Source: Scenedesmus sp. PABB004 (taxonomy: Eukaryota). From it: a stretch of 64,000 nt of DNA. The stretch's first letter is position 1; each line of letters starts with the position of its first letter. Shown here piece after piece: positions 12,996-26,646 of the stretch. The notes beneath the pieces were generated by a model. That model saw nothing but the letters and a program-made list of their open reading frames with translations. It ran no database searches and had not been told where the DNA came from. Where the stretch lies: assembly GCA_014905635.1 (NCBI GenBank), contig JABVCE010000050.1, positions 1 through 64,000 of the forward strand, written 5' to 3'. Made by a program: the position numbers and the translations under genes.

Positions 12996-13560
12996 ATGGC
13001 TGGGCGGAGCCGCACGTGGGAGGGCGTGGCTCTGCTTCTGATAGCGTTGGCGACGGCCGGCGCCAGCGCGCGGGGCGCCGCGGCGTGCTCGGCGCCGGTG
13101 GGGGCCGTCTGCGCGCAGCGCGGCCCCGGCGTGCACTGCCACCCCTGCAGACGCGATGCCTACATCGTGTGTAGCTCCTCGAGCGAGGGCACGCTCGCGG
13201 CGTGCGGCGCCGGTGCGCGGCCGGGACCGGGGGCGGGAGTAGCGCGCGGCGCGCCTGCGCGGCCTTGCGCGGCGTCTGGAACGGCGCGAAGGCTTGCCAT
13301 TGGCTTTCTCCAGCCTGTCAGGGGCTTGCGCCTGCAGCACGGGCGCGCAGGCTGCTGCGGCAGTCGCCGGCGTGGCGGCGCCTCGCTCACCGCCGCCCGC
13401 CGCGCGCAGGCGAGGCCTGGGACGCCCTGCTGGCGCGCTGTGCGCCAGAGGGCTCTGACCCGGCGCCGTGCGCTGCGCCCACGGTCGATGCGCCGGGCGC
13501 GACGCGGCGCGCGGCAGCGTCGCTGCACCCCGAGCCTGACCAGCCGGAGCAGCAGCAGCG

Positions 13561-13593
<33 letters not shown>

Positions 13594-15183
13594 TGCCAGC
13601 AGCTGGGCGGACCGGCTGGCGCAGCTGGCGTCGGGTGCCACGGCGGCGCTGAGCGAGCGCCTGGCGGCGCTCGCCGAGGCGGCGGTCACGCCGCTGCGCG
13701 GCGCGCCGCAGGCCGCAGCGCCCCCGTCGGCGGCCGAGGCGGGCCGGCCCTCGCTGCGCGCGGTTATGCTGCTCGGGCCGCCCGCGCTGCCCAGCCCCGG
13801 GCAGCTGGAGGGCATGCAGGCGGGCCTCGCGGCGGCGGCGGGCATGCAGGCGCGCGCGCTCGCGCTCGCGGCCGACGCGGGCGTGGCCGAGGCGGCGGCG
13901 GACGCGGAGCTGCGCGCGGCGGCCGCGGCAGCGGGCCGCGGCGAGGCGCCCGCCGCGGGCGAGGCGCGCGCGCACCTCGCGCAGGCCGCCGCGCACCGCG
14001 CGCGCTCGGAGCGGCTCGCGTCGGCGGCGGACGGCCTGCTCGGCGATGCGGCGGCGCGCGCGGCGGGCGTGGCGCTCGCGCTGAGCGCTGCGACGGCGCC
14101 GCCGCAGCAGTTCCGCCCTGCGGCGCTGGGCGCGATCGTGGGCACGAGCGCCGCGTGGCGCGACGGCGGCGCCGGCCCCGCCGCTGGCGGCCCCGGCGCC
14201 GGCGGGCCGCACGCCTACTACTATGACGGCTACGCCGCGCCGGCGTACAGCTACGGCTACTCCTACTATGAGGCCCCCGCGTACGGCGAGGTGGAGCCGT
14301 ACACCTACGGCGACGACGACGGCGGCTACGACGGCGAGGCCCCCGGCGGCGCGCGCGCGCCCGCGCCCCGGCGCGGCGGCGGCGGCGGCCTGCTGGCGCA
14401 CCTGGCCGACCTCGGCGGCCCCGCGCTCGCGCCCGCGCTCGCCGACTGGGCGGCGCGCGGCGGGCGCCTGCCGCCGCCGGCGCTCGCGGCCGCGCCCGGG
14501 AGCGACGAGTTTGTGGACCTCTTTGCCTGGCCCGACGCTGCGGGCGACGGCGACGGCGGCGCGCCGCTGCTGGCCGCGTACGACTCGCACGCGCCGGGCG
14601 ACTACGGCCACTACGGCGACGGCGACGAGGGCGGCGACGGCGGCGCGCCCGAGGCGCTGGGCGGCACGGGCGCGGTGGTCCTCGCGGCCGCGCTGCAGGC
14701 GCGCGTCATGGACCTCGCGGCGCACGCGGCGGCGCGCGCGAGCGGCGGGCGCGGCGAGGCGCCGCGCCGCGCCGGCGTCGGCGGCGCGACGCTCGAGATG
14801 AGCGTCGCGCGGCAGCGCGAGGTGTCAGAGCTCGCGGCCGCGCTGCGGCGCGCCGCGGACGCGCTGGCGCCCGAGGCACTCGCTGCGCTCAAGGGCCTGG
14901 ACGTGGGGGAGGAGCTCGGCGCGCGCGAGGGCGAGGCGGGCCTGCCGTACCTGCGCCTCGGGCCGGTGCTGTCGGGCCTGCTGCGCGCCGCGCCCGCCGG
15001 CGGCGCGGTCGCGGCGAGCCTCAACGCGCAGCTCGCCGCCGTCTACGCCGACCTCCTCGCCCTGGTGCGCCGCAGCTGCAGCCGCCGGTGCCGCACCGGC
15101 CGCCGCTGTTGAGCGTGGGCCGCGCGCCGGGCGCGGCAGCGCGCAGGGCCAGCGCCCGCCGCCGCTCACGCGCCGCCGCTCAT

Positions 15184-15226
<43 letters not shown>

Positions 15227-15624
15227 AGCGCGCCGCGCCGGCGCACGCGGGCGAGGCGGAGCACTACGACTACGCCGCCCTCTACGACGACGCGCCCCGG
15301 CGCAGCGAGGGCGGCGACGAGCGCGGCGCCGCGCCGCTGCCGGCGGAGCCCTGGGACCCGCTGGCAGAAGCGGCGGTCGCGGCCGACGCGGCGCGCTCGG
15401 CGGCGGCGGCCGGCGCGGTGCCCGTGCCGCGCCGCCCGTCGACCGCGGCCGACCTGGCGAGCGACCCCGAGGCGGTGGCGCAGCTGGACGCCGCGCTGCT
15501 GGGCCTGGAGCGCGCGGGCGCGGGCGGCGGCGCGGCGGGCGCGCTGGCGCTGCCGGCAGCGGCCGCGCGCGGCCGGCCCCAGGCATCGACGAGGCGTGAG
15601 GCCGTGCGCAGGGCGCTGGCGTAG
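12996..15624 (+). CDS. Secreted protein with N-terminal chitin-binding type-2 (CBM14)-like Cys domain and Tyr/Gly/Asp-rich region
   Basis: Signal peptide MAGRSRTWEGVALLLIALATAGASA. After splicing: CAQRGPGVHCHPCRRDAYIVC...CGAGEAWDALLARC. Long exon with YYYDGYAAPAYSYGYSYYE; TAG at 15622-15624. Confidence 0.6.
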
Positions 15625-15750
15625 CGCCCTCTACGGGCAGCCGTGGGCGAGGGGGCAGGCAGAGTCGGGCGCGGGCCGCTGCGACACGCGGCCGCGCCCG
15701 AGCGAGTGCACAGCGAGCAGGAGGGAGGTGTGGTCTCGAGCCCACAGTGA

Positions 15751-19382
<3,632 letters not shown>

Positions 19383-19622
19383 TGATGCTCCTGCTGGCGC
19401 GGGGGCGTGGTGACTGGTCTCTCAACTCTGTTAACCTGATGGTGACCGGCCGCCGACGCGCGAGGCCGTTGCAGCCCCGCCGCGCCGAGGGCCCTGCACC
19501 ATGCCGCGCGACGCGGCCGCCGGGCGGCCGCTGCGCGCGCACGCGAGTGCGGCCGCCTCCCGGCCTCGCGGCATGCGCCGCGCTCTCCCCGCGCCCGGCA
19601 GACTCGCGCGGGGCGGTCGCTC

Positions 19623-21797
19623 CTACACTGCTGCCGCGAGCAGCAGCGGCGCGGCAGGCGCCGGCCGCCGCTGCTCGCACTGCGGCGCGGCGGGCCACGC
19701 GGCGGGCGCCTCGGGCAGGGCCTCGAGCGCCGCGTGCGCCGCCGCCAGCGCCGCGGGCTCGCGCTCCCTGAACGCGCCGGCGCCGAGCGCCTCGCACGCG
19801 CGCCCGTGCGCGGCCAGCCAGCCGCCGCCGGGGCGGTACCCGAGCCGCGCAAAGCCCTGCGCCAGCTGCACCAGCTCCGCGGGCCCGCACGCCGGCAGCG
19901 CCGCGGCCGACGCCTCGGCGAGCCGCGGCAGCAGCGGCCCGAGCGCGGCCGCGAGCGGGCGCCGCAGGTTGGCCGGCGCGAGGCGCGGCAGCGAGTGAAC
20001 CACCGCCGCGACGTCGGCGCCGGGCGCGAGGCTGTCGTCCGCGCGCGCCAGGAAGTGGGCGACCATGCCCGACACCCAGCCGTAGTGCGGCGCGTGCCGC
20101 AGCGCGCCGAGCGCGCGCAGCAACAGGCCGACGTCGCCCGCGCTCAGCCGCGCGCGCTGCGCCACCGCCGCACCGCGCGCGAGGCGCAGCAGGCGGGCGC
20201 TGGGCGCGTAGCGCAGGCGAGCCATCGACCACAGCAGCGCCGCGAGCTCCTGCCCGCGCAGCGCACGCGCGGCGACGGGCTGCCCCCGCGCGGCGCCGCG
20301 CGCCGCCGCGACGCCCTGGAGCCAGCACGCCGCGCCCGCGGCGCGCGCCGCCGCGGCCATGAAGGCGGCCCGGGGGCGGTAGCCCAGGCGGACGAGGGAG
20401 TGCAGCAGCAGCGCCACGTCGGCCAGCGCCACGTCGCCGCCGCCGCGCTGCGGCGCGCCCAGGCCGCGTGCCTGCTCCTCCCCTCCGCCCTCGGTGCCGC
20501 GGGCCTCCGCCGCCGCGGCGGCCGCAAACGCGTCGAGCTGCGCGCCCGCCGCCGCGAGCAGCGCGTCCACGGCGCCGGGCTGCGGCCGCAGGCCCAGGCG
20601 CGCGCACGCCAGCAGCGCCACGCACGCCAGCGTCAGCGGGCGCGGCTCGCGCGCCGCCAGGCCCTCCAGCCGCGGCAGGGCGGCGTCGGCGAGCGCCTGC
20701 ACGCCGGCGCTGTCGGCCGCCCAGGACGCGACGGCCGCGTCGAGCGCCCGCACCCGCTGTGGGTGGCTCCGCTGCAGCTGCGCCGCCTGCGCCGCCTGCG
20801 CCGCCGCCGCGCGCTGCCGCGCGAGCTGGCTGGTCGCCCAGAGCACCATCGCGACGTGCCGGCCCTGCATCGCGCCGGCGGCCGCGAGGCCCGCGCCACG
20901 CGCGAGCGCCGCCTCCAGCCAGGCCGCCTCCGCCTCGCCGCAGCCCAGCACCGCGAGGCCCCACAGGCCCATCGCGACGTCGGCCGCGCCCCAGCGGGGC
21001 AGCCCGCCCGCCGCCGCGCGCCGCCACGCGGCCTTCCACGCCGGCGCCACGCGCGTGCAGCGCGTGCGCAGCGGCGGCGCGGCCGCGAGGAGGCAGGCGC
21101 GCGTGAGCGTCGCGAGCGCCCACGACAGCAGCGCGAGCTCGCGCGGCCCGCAGCCGCCGCCGTCCATCGCGCGCCCGCTCGCGTCCAGCAGCGCGTCGAC
21201 CCAGCCCTCCGGCACGTCGTGCCCCAGCGCCGCGACCGCCCAGGCGAGGCCCGCGAGCTCGCCCGGCGCGAGGCTGCGCAGGTCGGCGCGCGCGAGCAGC
21301 AGCTGCAGCAGGCGGCGCGCGTGCGGGTACGCCGGCGCGCGCCGCCGCGCGAGGCCGGCCAGGCCGCACGCGATCGCCACGAGCTCGCGCGGCCCCGCGC
21401 CCGGGAGCAGCTCCTCCGCCAGCAGGCAGGCGTCGCCGAGCAGCAGCGACAGCGGCGCCGCCTCGGCGCGCGGCAGCGCCCGCGGCAGCACCCGGGGCAG
21501 GGCCGTGAGCAGCGCGGCCGCGTGGCGCGCGTTGAACGCGGCGCTGTGCTCGCAGAAGAGCTCGCCCGCCTGGCGCCAGTCGCCAGACGCGCCGATCGCC
21601 GCCGACAGCAGCGCGGGGTGCGCCGCCGGCGGCCGCGTGCGCAGCAGGGCGCGCAGCTCCTCCCACGTCCGGCCGGAGTTGCCGCCGCTCACGCCGGCGC
21701 CGGCGCAGCAGCAGCGCGGCCGCGACCGGCGCTCGCCGGCGCCGCGCGGCGCCGCCGCTGCGCCCCCAGCATGACCCGGGCGCGCGCCCAGCAGCAT
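19623..21797 (-). CDS. Octotricopeptide-repeat (OPR)-like organellar RNA-binding protein, intronless
   Basis: Degenerate helical repeats: LAPGELAGLAWAVAALGHDVPEGW, CGPRELALLSWALATL, LRGQELAALLWSMARLRYAP, CGPAELVQLAQGFARLGYRPGGGW. Arg/Ala-rich N-terminus. Confidence 0.8.
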   Translation of the reverse strand: MLLGARPGHAGGAAAAPRGAGERRSRPRCCCAGAGVSGGNSGRTWEELRALLRTRPPAAHPALLSAAIGASGDWRQAGELFCEHSAAFNARHAAALLTALPRVLPRALPRAEAAPLSLLLGDACLLAEELLPGAGPRELVAIACGLAGLARRRAPAYPHARRLLQLLLARADLRSLAPGELAGLAWAVAALGHDVPEGWVDALLDASGRAMDGGGCGPRELALLSWALATLTRACLLAAAPPLRTRCTRVAPAWKAAWRRAAAGGLPRWGAADVAMGLWGLAVLGCGEAEAAWLEAALARGAGLAAAGAMQGRHVAMVLWATSQLARQRAAAAQAAQAAQLQRSHPQRVRALDAAVASWAADSAGVQALADAALPRLEGLAAREPRPLTLACVALLACARLGLRPQPGAVDALLAAAGAQLDAFAAAAAAEARGTEGGGEEQARGLGAPQRGGGDVALADVALLLHSLVRLGYRPRAAFMAAAARAAGAACWLQGVAAARGAARGQPVAARALRGQELAALLWSMARLRYAPSARLLRLARGAAVAQRARLSAGDVGLLLRALGALRHAPHYGWVSGMVAHFLARADDSLAPGADVAAVVHSLPRLAPANLRRPLAAALGPLLPRLAEASAAALPACGPAELVQLAQGFARLGYRPGGGWLAAHGRACEALGAGAFREREPAALAAAHAALEALPEAPAAWPAAPQCEQRRPAPAAPLLLAAAV

Positions 21798-22703
21798 GGC
21801 GGCGCCTGGCGGCAGACGGCGGGGGCGGCGGGGGCGTCGTGAGCAGCGGCGGCCGCCGTTGCTGCCGCCACTCAGCCGCGGCGCCGCAGGCCCCGCCCGC
21901 CCGCCCCCGGCTGCCCGACACGCCCGCACCGGTGACGGGAGCAGCCCCGCGCCCGGGCGGTGCCTTGCGGCGACGGGGCAGCCGACTGCTGCTTCGGCGA
22001 CGCCGCGCTGCGAACGGGCTCCGGCGCGCCTGTACAGTTGCGGGGCGGCTATCGGCGTCTGCCGAGCGGGCGCGCGCGCGGCGCCGCGACGCGGGCGAGC
22101 CGCGAGGGCTGAGGCAGCGGCGGCCGGGAGATCCAGGCCGCCCCTGGCCGATCCGGTGGCCCCGAGATCGGACAAAACGCTATGCGTCGTCTCCGAGTGG
22201 CGGGCGCGAATGGGCGCCGGCGGCGCCGGCGGTTCCGGGCTGCGCCGCCGCTCGCTCACCGGCGGTTCCGGGCTGCGCCGCCGCTCGCTCACCCGCGCCC
22301 GACGCGGCGCGTCGCGACGGGCGCGCGCGGGCGCGTCCGCGGCAGCGCCTCCGTGCAGCCCGACAGCGCCAGGGGCGCGCGGCGTCACCGCTTCTGGTCA
22401 GCTTCTGCTGGCCAGCTTCTGCTGGCCCAAACCGCGCCCGCCACTCACAGCCCGTCCACGGCGCTCGCCCGATCAGCTTCACTCAACGCGCTCGCCCCAA
22501 GCAGCTCTCGACCTCTGCGCGCCGAGCGCAAGCCTCGATAAAACTTGCCACGACTGCCGTGCTCTCTGAACGCGCCCCGGCATCGCTCCCGCCCGGGCGA
22601 TCGACCCGTTAGCAGCTCCTGCACGCCTGGGAGTGCTCACGCACGCATCTCGCCGGGTGGTCGCGGCAGCAGCTCCGCGGTCGAGCAGCTCCCCGCGGCT
22701 CCC

Positions 22704-23240
22704 ATGGCTCGCTGCGCGGCGCCCCTGATCGCCCTGGCTCTGCTGGCCCTGCTCGCGGCGCCGGGCGTGGGTGCGCGCGGCGGCGGGCCCAAGGCGGCGC
22801 GCCAGGCTGGCGCGGGCCGGCCGCTGGGCGGCGGCGCCGGGCGCGGCGCGGCAGGCGCCCTGCCCCCGCCCGCCCTGCTCAGCCCGCATGCAGGCGACCC
22901 CCCTGCCAGCGTCGGCGCGGCCCGCGCCGTGCTCACGAGTCTGTGCCGCCGCCGCCGCCCCGGCACGCGCCCGCGCGCAGACGCGAGCGGCGGCGCGCGC
23001 AGCCTCGCGCAGTGGTGGGGGTACGGCAACCGCGGCCGCTACGGCGCGGTCGGGGACGCGCAGCTGGCGAGGAACAGTGCCAGCATTGTGAATACGCAAT
23101 ATGCGATACGATCGGCCGTCGAGTCGGGCGCGGAGCCGCGCACGACGCGCGCGGCGGCCGTGTACGGCAACGACCAGGCCTGGCTCGCGGCCAACAGTCG
23201 CTGGTACGGCTACGGCAACGGCTGGTGGGGCCGGCGCTGA
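22704..23240 (+). CDS. Small secreted peptide precursor (2 exons; intron 22771-22980)
   Basis: Spliced product MARCAAPLIALALLALLAAPGVDASGGARSLAQWWGYGNRGRYG...SRWYGYGNGWWGRR*. Phase-1 GT-AG intron. Confidence 0.75.
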   Translation: MARCAAPLIALALLALLAAPGVGARGGGPKAARQAGAGRPLGGGAGRGAAGALPPPALLSPHAGDPPASVGAARAVLTSLCRRRRPGTRPRADASGGARSLAQWWGYGNRGRYGAVGDAQLARNSASIVNTQYAIRSAVESGAEPRTTRAAAVYGNDQAWLAANSRWYGYGNGWWGRR

Positions 23241-24033
23241 TTGTGGCGCTCATGGGCGCCGTCACGGGTGGTTTGGCGCGAGCGTGAGCGCGTGGCGCGG
23301 CGTGAAGAGCGTGCGCGGCGAGCTGCGGCGTGTGGGCCGCGCGCTGCAGCTTGCAGCAGCCAACGCACGTGACGTGGGGGCGGGGCCGCCATCCGCATGG
23401 CGGCGGGCAGGTGCCAGGGGGAGGCCACCTTTCCCTTGTCGGCGCGGCCGGCCCACGCCGGCGCGCATGCAGGTTGTGACGAGTTGCACAGGTGCCGGAT
23501 CAGTTGCACAGGTTGCACGCCGCCGTCACACCGGCGGCAGTGACCCAGACTTGACCGTGGGGGTGCGGGTTGCACAGACGCGCGGGACAAGCCCGCGCTG
23601 CAGCGGGAGTGGCGGTGATCGCGACACGTCGAGCGTGATGGACTGGGGGGTTCAGCCTGCGGCGCGGCGGCTTGCAGGAGGCCGCCCTGACGGTCGGCGT
23701 GACGCGGGGGCAACAAGCAGCAATGCGCGGCAATGCGACAGTGTGCGCAGCGGCGGCGCGCGAGGCCGGCCCGCCGGCCGGCGCCGGCGGATGAACTTGC
23801 TCGCCTCCGTCGCACCCGGGGCTCGCAAAACCCTCGCGCCGCAGCGGCCGCTCAACACCACCGCCGCGCGCTGCTGCTCAGCGCACCTGCCCACGCCGTG
23901 CTCTCGCCACACTCGACCCCGCACAGCCGCCATCGCCGCGCGCCGTGCGCCGTCCTTCGACCGCTGCCGCCGCCGCCGCCGCCCGCCGCGATCGCAACCA
24001 CCTCCGCCGCCCCGGACGCAGCTCGCACTCCAA

Positions 24034-24639
24034 ATGAGCGATCCACCCAAGCAGCTGTTCGACGACGAGCGGTGGGAACGGCTGCTGGACGTCACGCTCC
24101 GCCGCAGCGTCTACGGCGTGCTCGCCGGCTCCGCAGTGGCGCTGCTGCTCTTCCGTGAGCGCGCGCGGCCGGCGGGCGCGGCGGGGCGCAGCGCAGGGCC
24201 AGATCGGGGCCTGCAGCAGCAGCGGCGGCAACCGCGGCGGCGGCGGCGGCGGCGGCGGGGCAGCGGCGCAGCGGCAGCCGCGGCACTGCCGCCTGGCAGC
24301 GGGCGCAACGTGGCGCAGCGCAGGACCAGATCGGGGCCCCGGCCGCTGCCGCCGGCACCGGGCGAGCGCCCACCCCGCCGCCGTGCCGCGCGCTCCGCAG
24401 GCGGGCCGAGTACGCGCGCAGCGAGCGTCGCGTTTGGCACGGGCTTCGGCGCCGGCTCGGCGTGGCAAGCATGCGCCAAGGACGTGAGCGCGGGCGGCGG
24501 CTCTGCCGCGAGGCTGCGGCCGCGGCGCGCGCGCGCGCTGCGCGGGGTCGGCCCCACCGCCGCCGGGCGCGCGCACCGACGCGGGCGCGCGCTGGCCGCC
24601 GCTGCCGCGCCGCCGTAGTTTGAGGGGCCGTCGAGTTGA
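24034..24639 (+). CDS. MIC10: MICOS subunit Mic10 (DUF543), 3 exons
   Basis: ERWERLLDVTLRRSVYGVLAGSAVALLLFR|GGPSTRAASVAFGTGFGAGSAW...|FEGPSS*. Two TM segments with the GxGxGxG motif. Confidence 0.85.
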
Positions 24640-25401
24640 CGCCGGCGCTGGCGCCCTGTTCAGAAGGAGCCGGCGCAGCCGCGCCACGCCGCCGGGCCGG
24701 GCGGCGGCAGCTGCAGCCGGCAGCGGCCGCCGCGACGGGCGTGGCGCTGGGGTGGGGCTGGGCGGGCGGCGAGCGGCGGGCGCAGCAGGTGACGAGCTGG
24801 TGGGGCGTTGACGAGCGCGGTTGAGGCCCGGTTCAGCAGGGTTTGGGAAACCGAGCTGCGTACGTCCCAGGCCTGCGTTCCACCGCTCGCTGCGCACCCA
24901 CGGCAGCCGCAGGGGGCGCACGCCTGTTGGCGGCGGCGCTGGTGAGCAGCAGTCTCACAACTCGTTTGCACCGCGGTCGCGCGCCCACCACAGCCCCCCA
25001 GCCCCTCCTTGCCGTCAGCTGAGCTCGGCCAGCCTCCGCGCGCGACGCCCGCACCCCGGCGCCAGCCAAGCGGCGCGGGCCCCCGGCGGCGCGCCCCGGC
25101 GCGCGCCCACTGGGCCCCTACGCACAGGGTGCGGGCGCCGGCGGTAGTCACCCGGGGCCGCACAAAAGCCCTGGCCCCCTTGCGGCCGCCGCCGCACGCT
25201 GGCGCGGGCGGCGGGCCGGCGGGGAGCCTCCCTGGGGTCAGCCCACACACAGCCAGCGTTACGCACAGCCAGCTGCGCACGTGCTGCACACGTGCGCAGC
25301 ACGCTGCGGCGGCACCCCCGACGACGCCCCCGCACGTACGTTGACACCCGGCCCCTTGGTGACGGCTGGCGAGAGCTCCGCGAGCCTTCGCACACCATGC
25401 C

Positions 25402-26106
25402 TCACGCCGCCAGCGCCAGCGCGGTCGCCAGCACCGCCGCCGCGGCCAGCGCCCAGGGCGCGCGGCGTGCGGCGCCGCCGGCGCTCGCGGCGGGCGCGGG
25501 CGGCGCGTCCGCGGGGCGGCGGCGGCCTGGGCGAGCGCGGGCGGGGGCGCGGCGGGGCGCGCCGGCGGCGCGCCCGCCAGCGCGGCGCAGTCGAGCGCCG
25601 CGCCGTCGACCTGGCAGAAGCCGAGCGCCGCGAGCGCGTCGCCGCTGAGCGCGCCGCTCGCGAGCAGCTGGGCGCCCAGCAGCGCGGAGCAGTTGGTGAC
25701 GAGCGCGTTCACGCCGGCCAGGTCGCCCGCGGCGGCGAGCTGCGCCACGGGCACGCCGCCGAGCGCGACGCCCGCGCGCTCCATGCCGGCGACCAGCGCG
25801 GTGCCGACGCCGCACACGCACGACGCGCAGAAGCCCAGCCCGGGCGCCGCCGCGTCGGCTGGGCGGAGCGCCGGGGGGGGGGGGGGGTGAGCGGGGCTCG
25901 CGCGTGCGCGAGGCGGTCAGGGCTCCCTGACGCCCGCAGTCCGCACCGCACGCGGTCGCGATCGGGCCGAAGTCGACGGCGTTGAAGTCCACGTCCCGCA
26001 GCGGGCAGCCGTCGGAGAGCTGCGCGACAACGCCCGCATCGATCCCGCCCTGCGCGGCGGCGCACGCCAGCAGCAGCGGCAGCAGCAGGGCGGCGGCGGC
26101 GCGCAT
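25402..26106 (-). CDS. Secreted 8-Cys, probably GPI-anchored protein
   Basis: Signal peptide [18 protein letters not shown] and a Cys-rich core. The hydrophobic tail APWALAAAAVLATALALAA* is reached via a 47-nt GC-AG intron or a frameshift near 25527-25573. Confidence 0.65.
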   Translation of the reverse strand: MRAAAALLLPLLLACAAAQGGIDAGVVAQLSDGCPLRDVDFNAVDFGPIATACGADCGRQGALTASRTREPRSPPPPPGAPPSRRGGARAGLLRVVRVRRRHRAGRRHGARGRRARRRARGAARRRGRPGRRERARHQLLRAAGRPAARERRAQRRRARGARLLPGRRRGARLRRAGGRAAGAPRRAPARARPGRRRPADAPPAPAASAGGAARRAPWALAAAAVLATALALAA

Positions 26107-26646
26107 GGCGGCTGCTTCGTCGGCGCACACCAGAGGCGGCGGGGCCGGGAGGGTGTCTGGCCGGGCAGCGTGCGGCGGCGCGGGCCGCGAGCAGCGGGCA
26201 GCGCAGCGCAGCGGCGGCGGCGCGCGCTGAGCCGCCGCCTCGTCCGGGTCGAACGCGGCCGCCCGTTGCCACGTATCCGCGGCTCTCCCTGGCCGTGCGC
26301 AAGCAGGCAGACGCCGAGAGAGCGGGCAGAGCGCTCGGCCGGGCGTGCTGCTGCCGGCAGCAGCAGCAGCCCGGCGCGAGCCTCTGCCGCGCGCGGCCAC
26401 GCGTCGCCACGCGCGCTGATGGAGGCCGCGGCGACGCCTGCTCGCGCCACGCGCTCGCCGCAGGTCATCATCGCGGGTTCACTCGTGCGCCCCACACAGC
26501 CCGCTCTCTGCCGTCCGTTGCCAGCGCGCGGGATCAGCGCCCGAGGCCCGCGCCGCAGCCCAGAGAAGCGCCGCAGCACCCGGCGGCGGCCCATCGCGCC
26601 GCGCCCCCGCGCCTCCCGCCGCCCAGAGCGCCCGCCGCGGCGCGCC

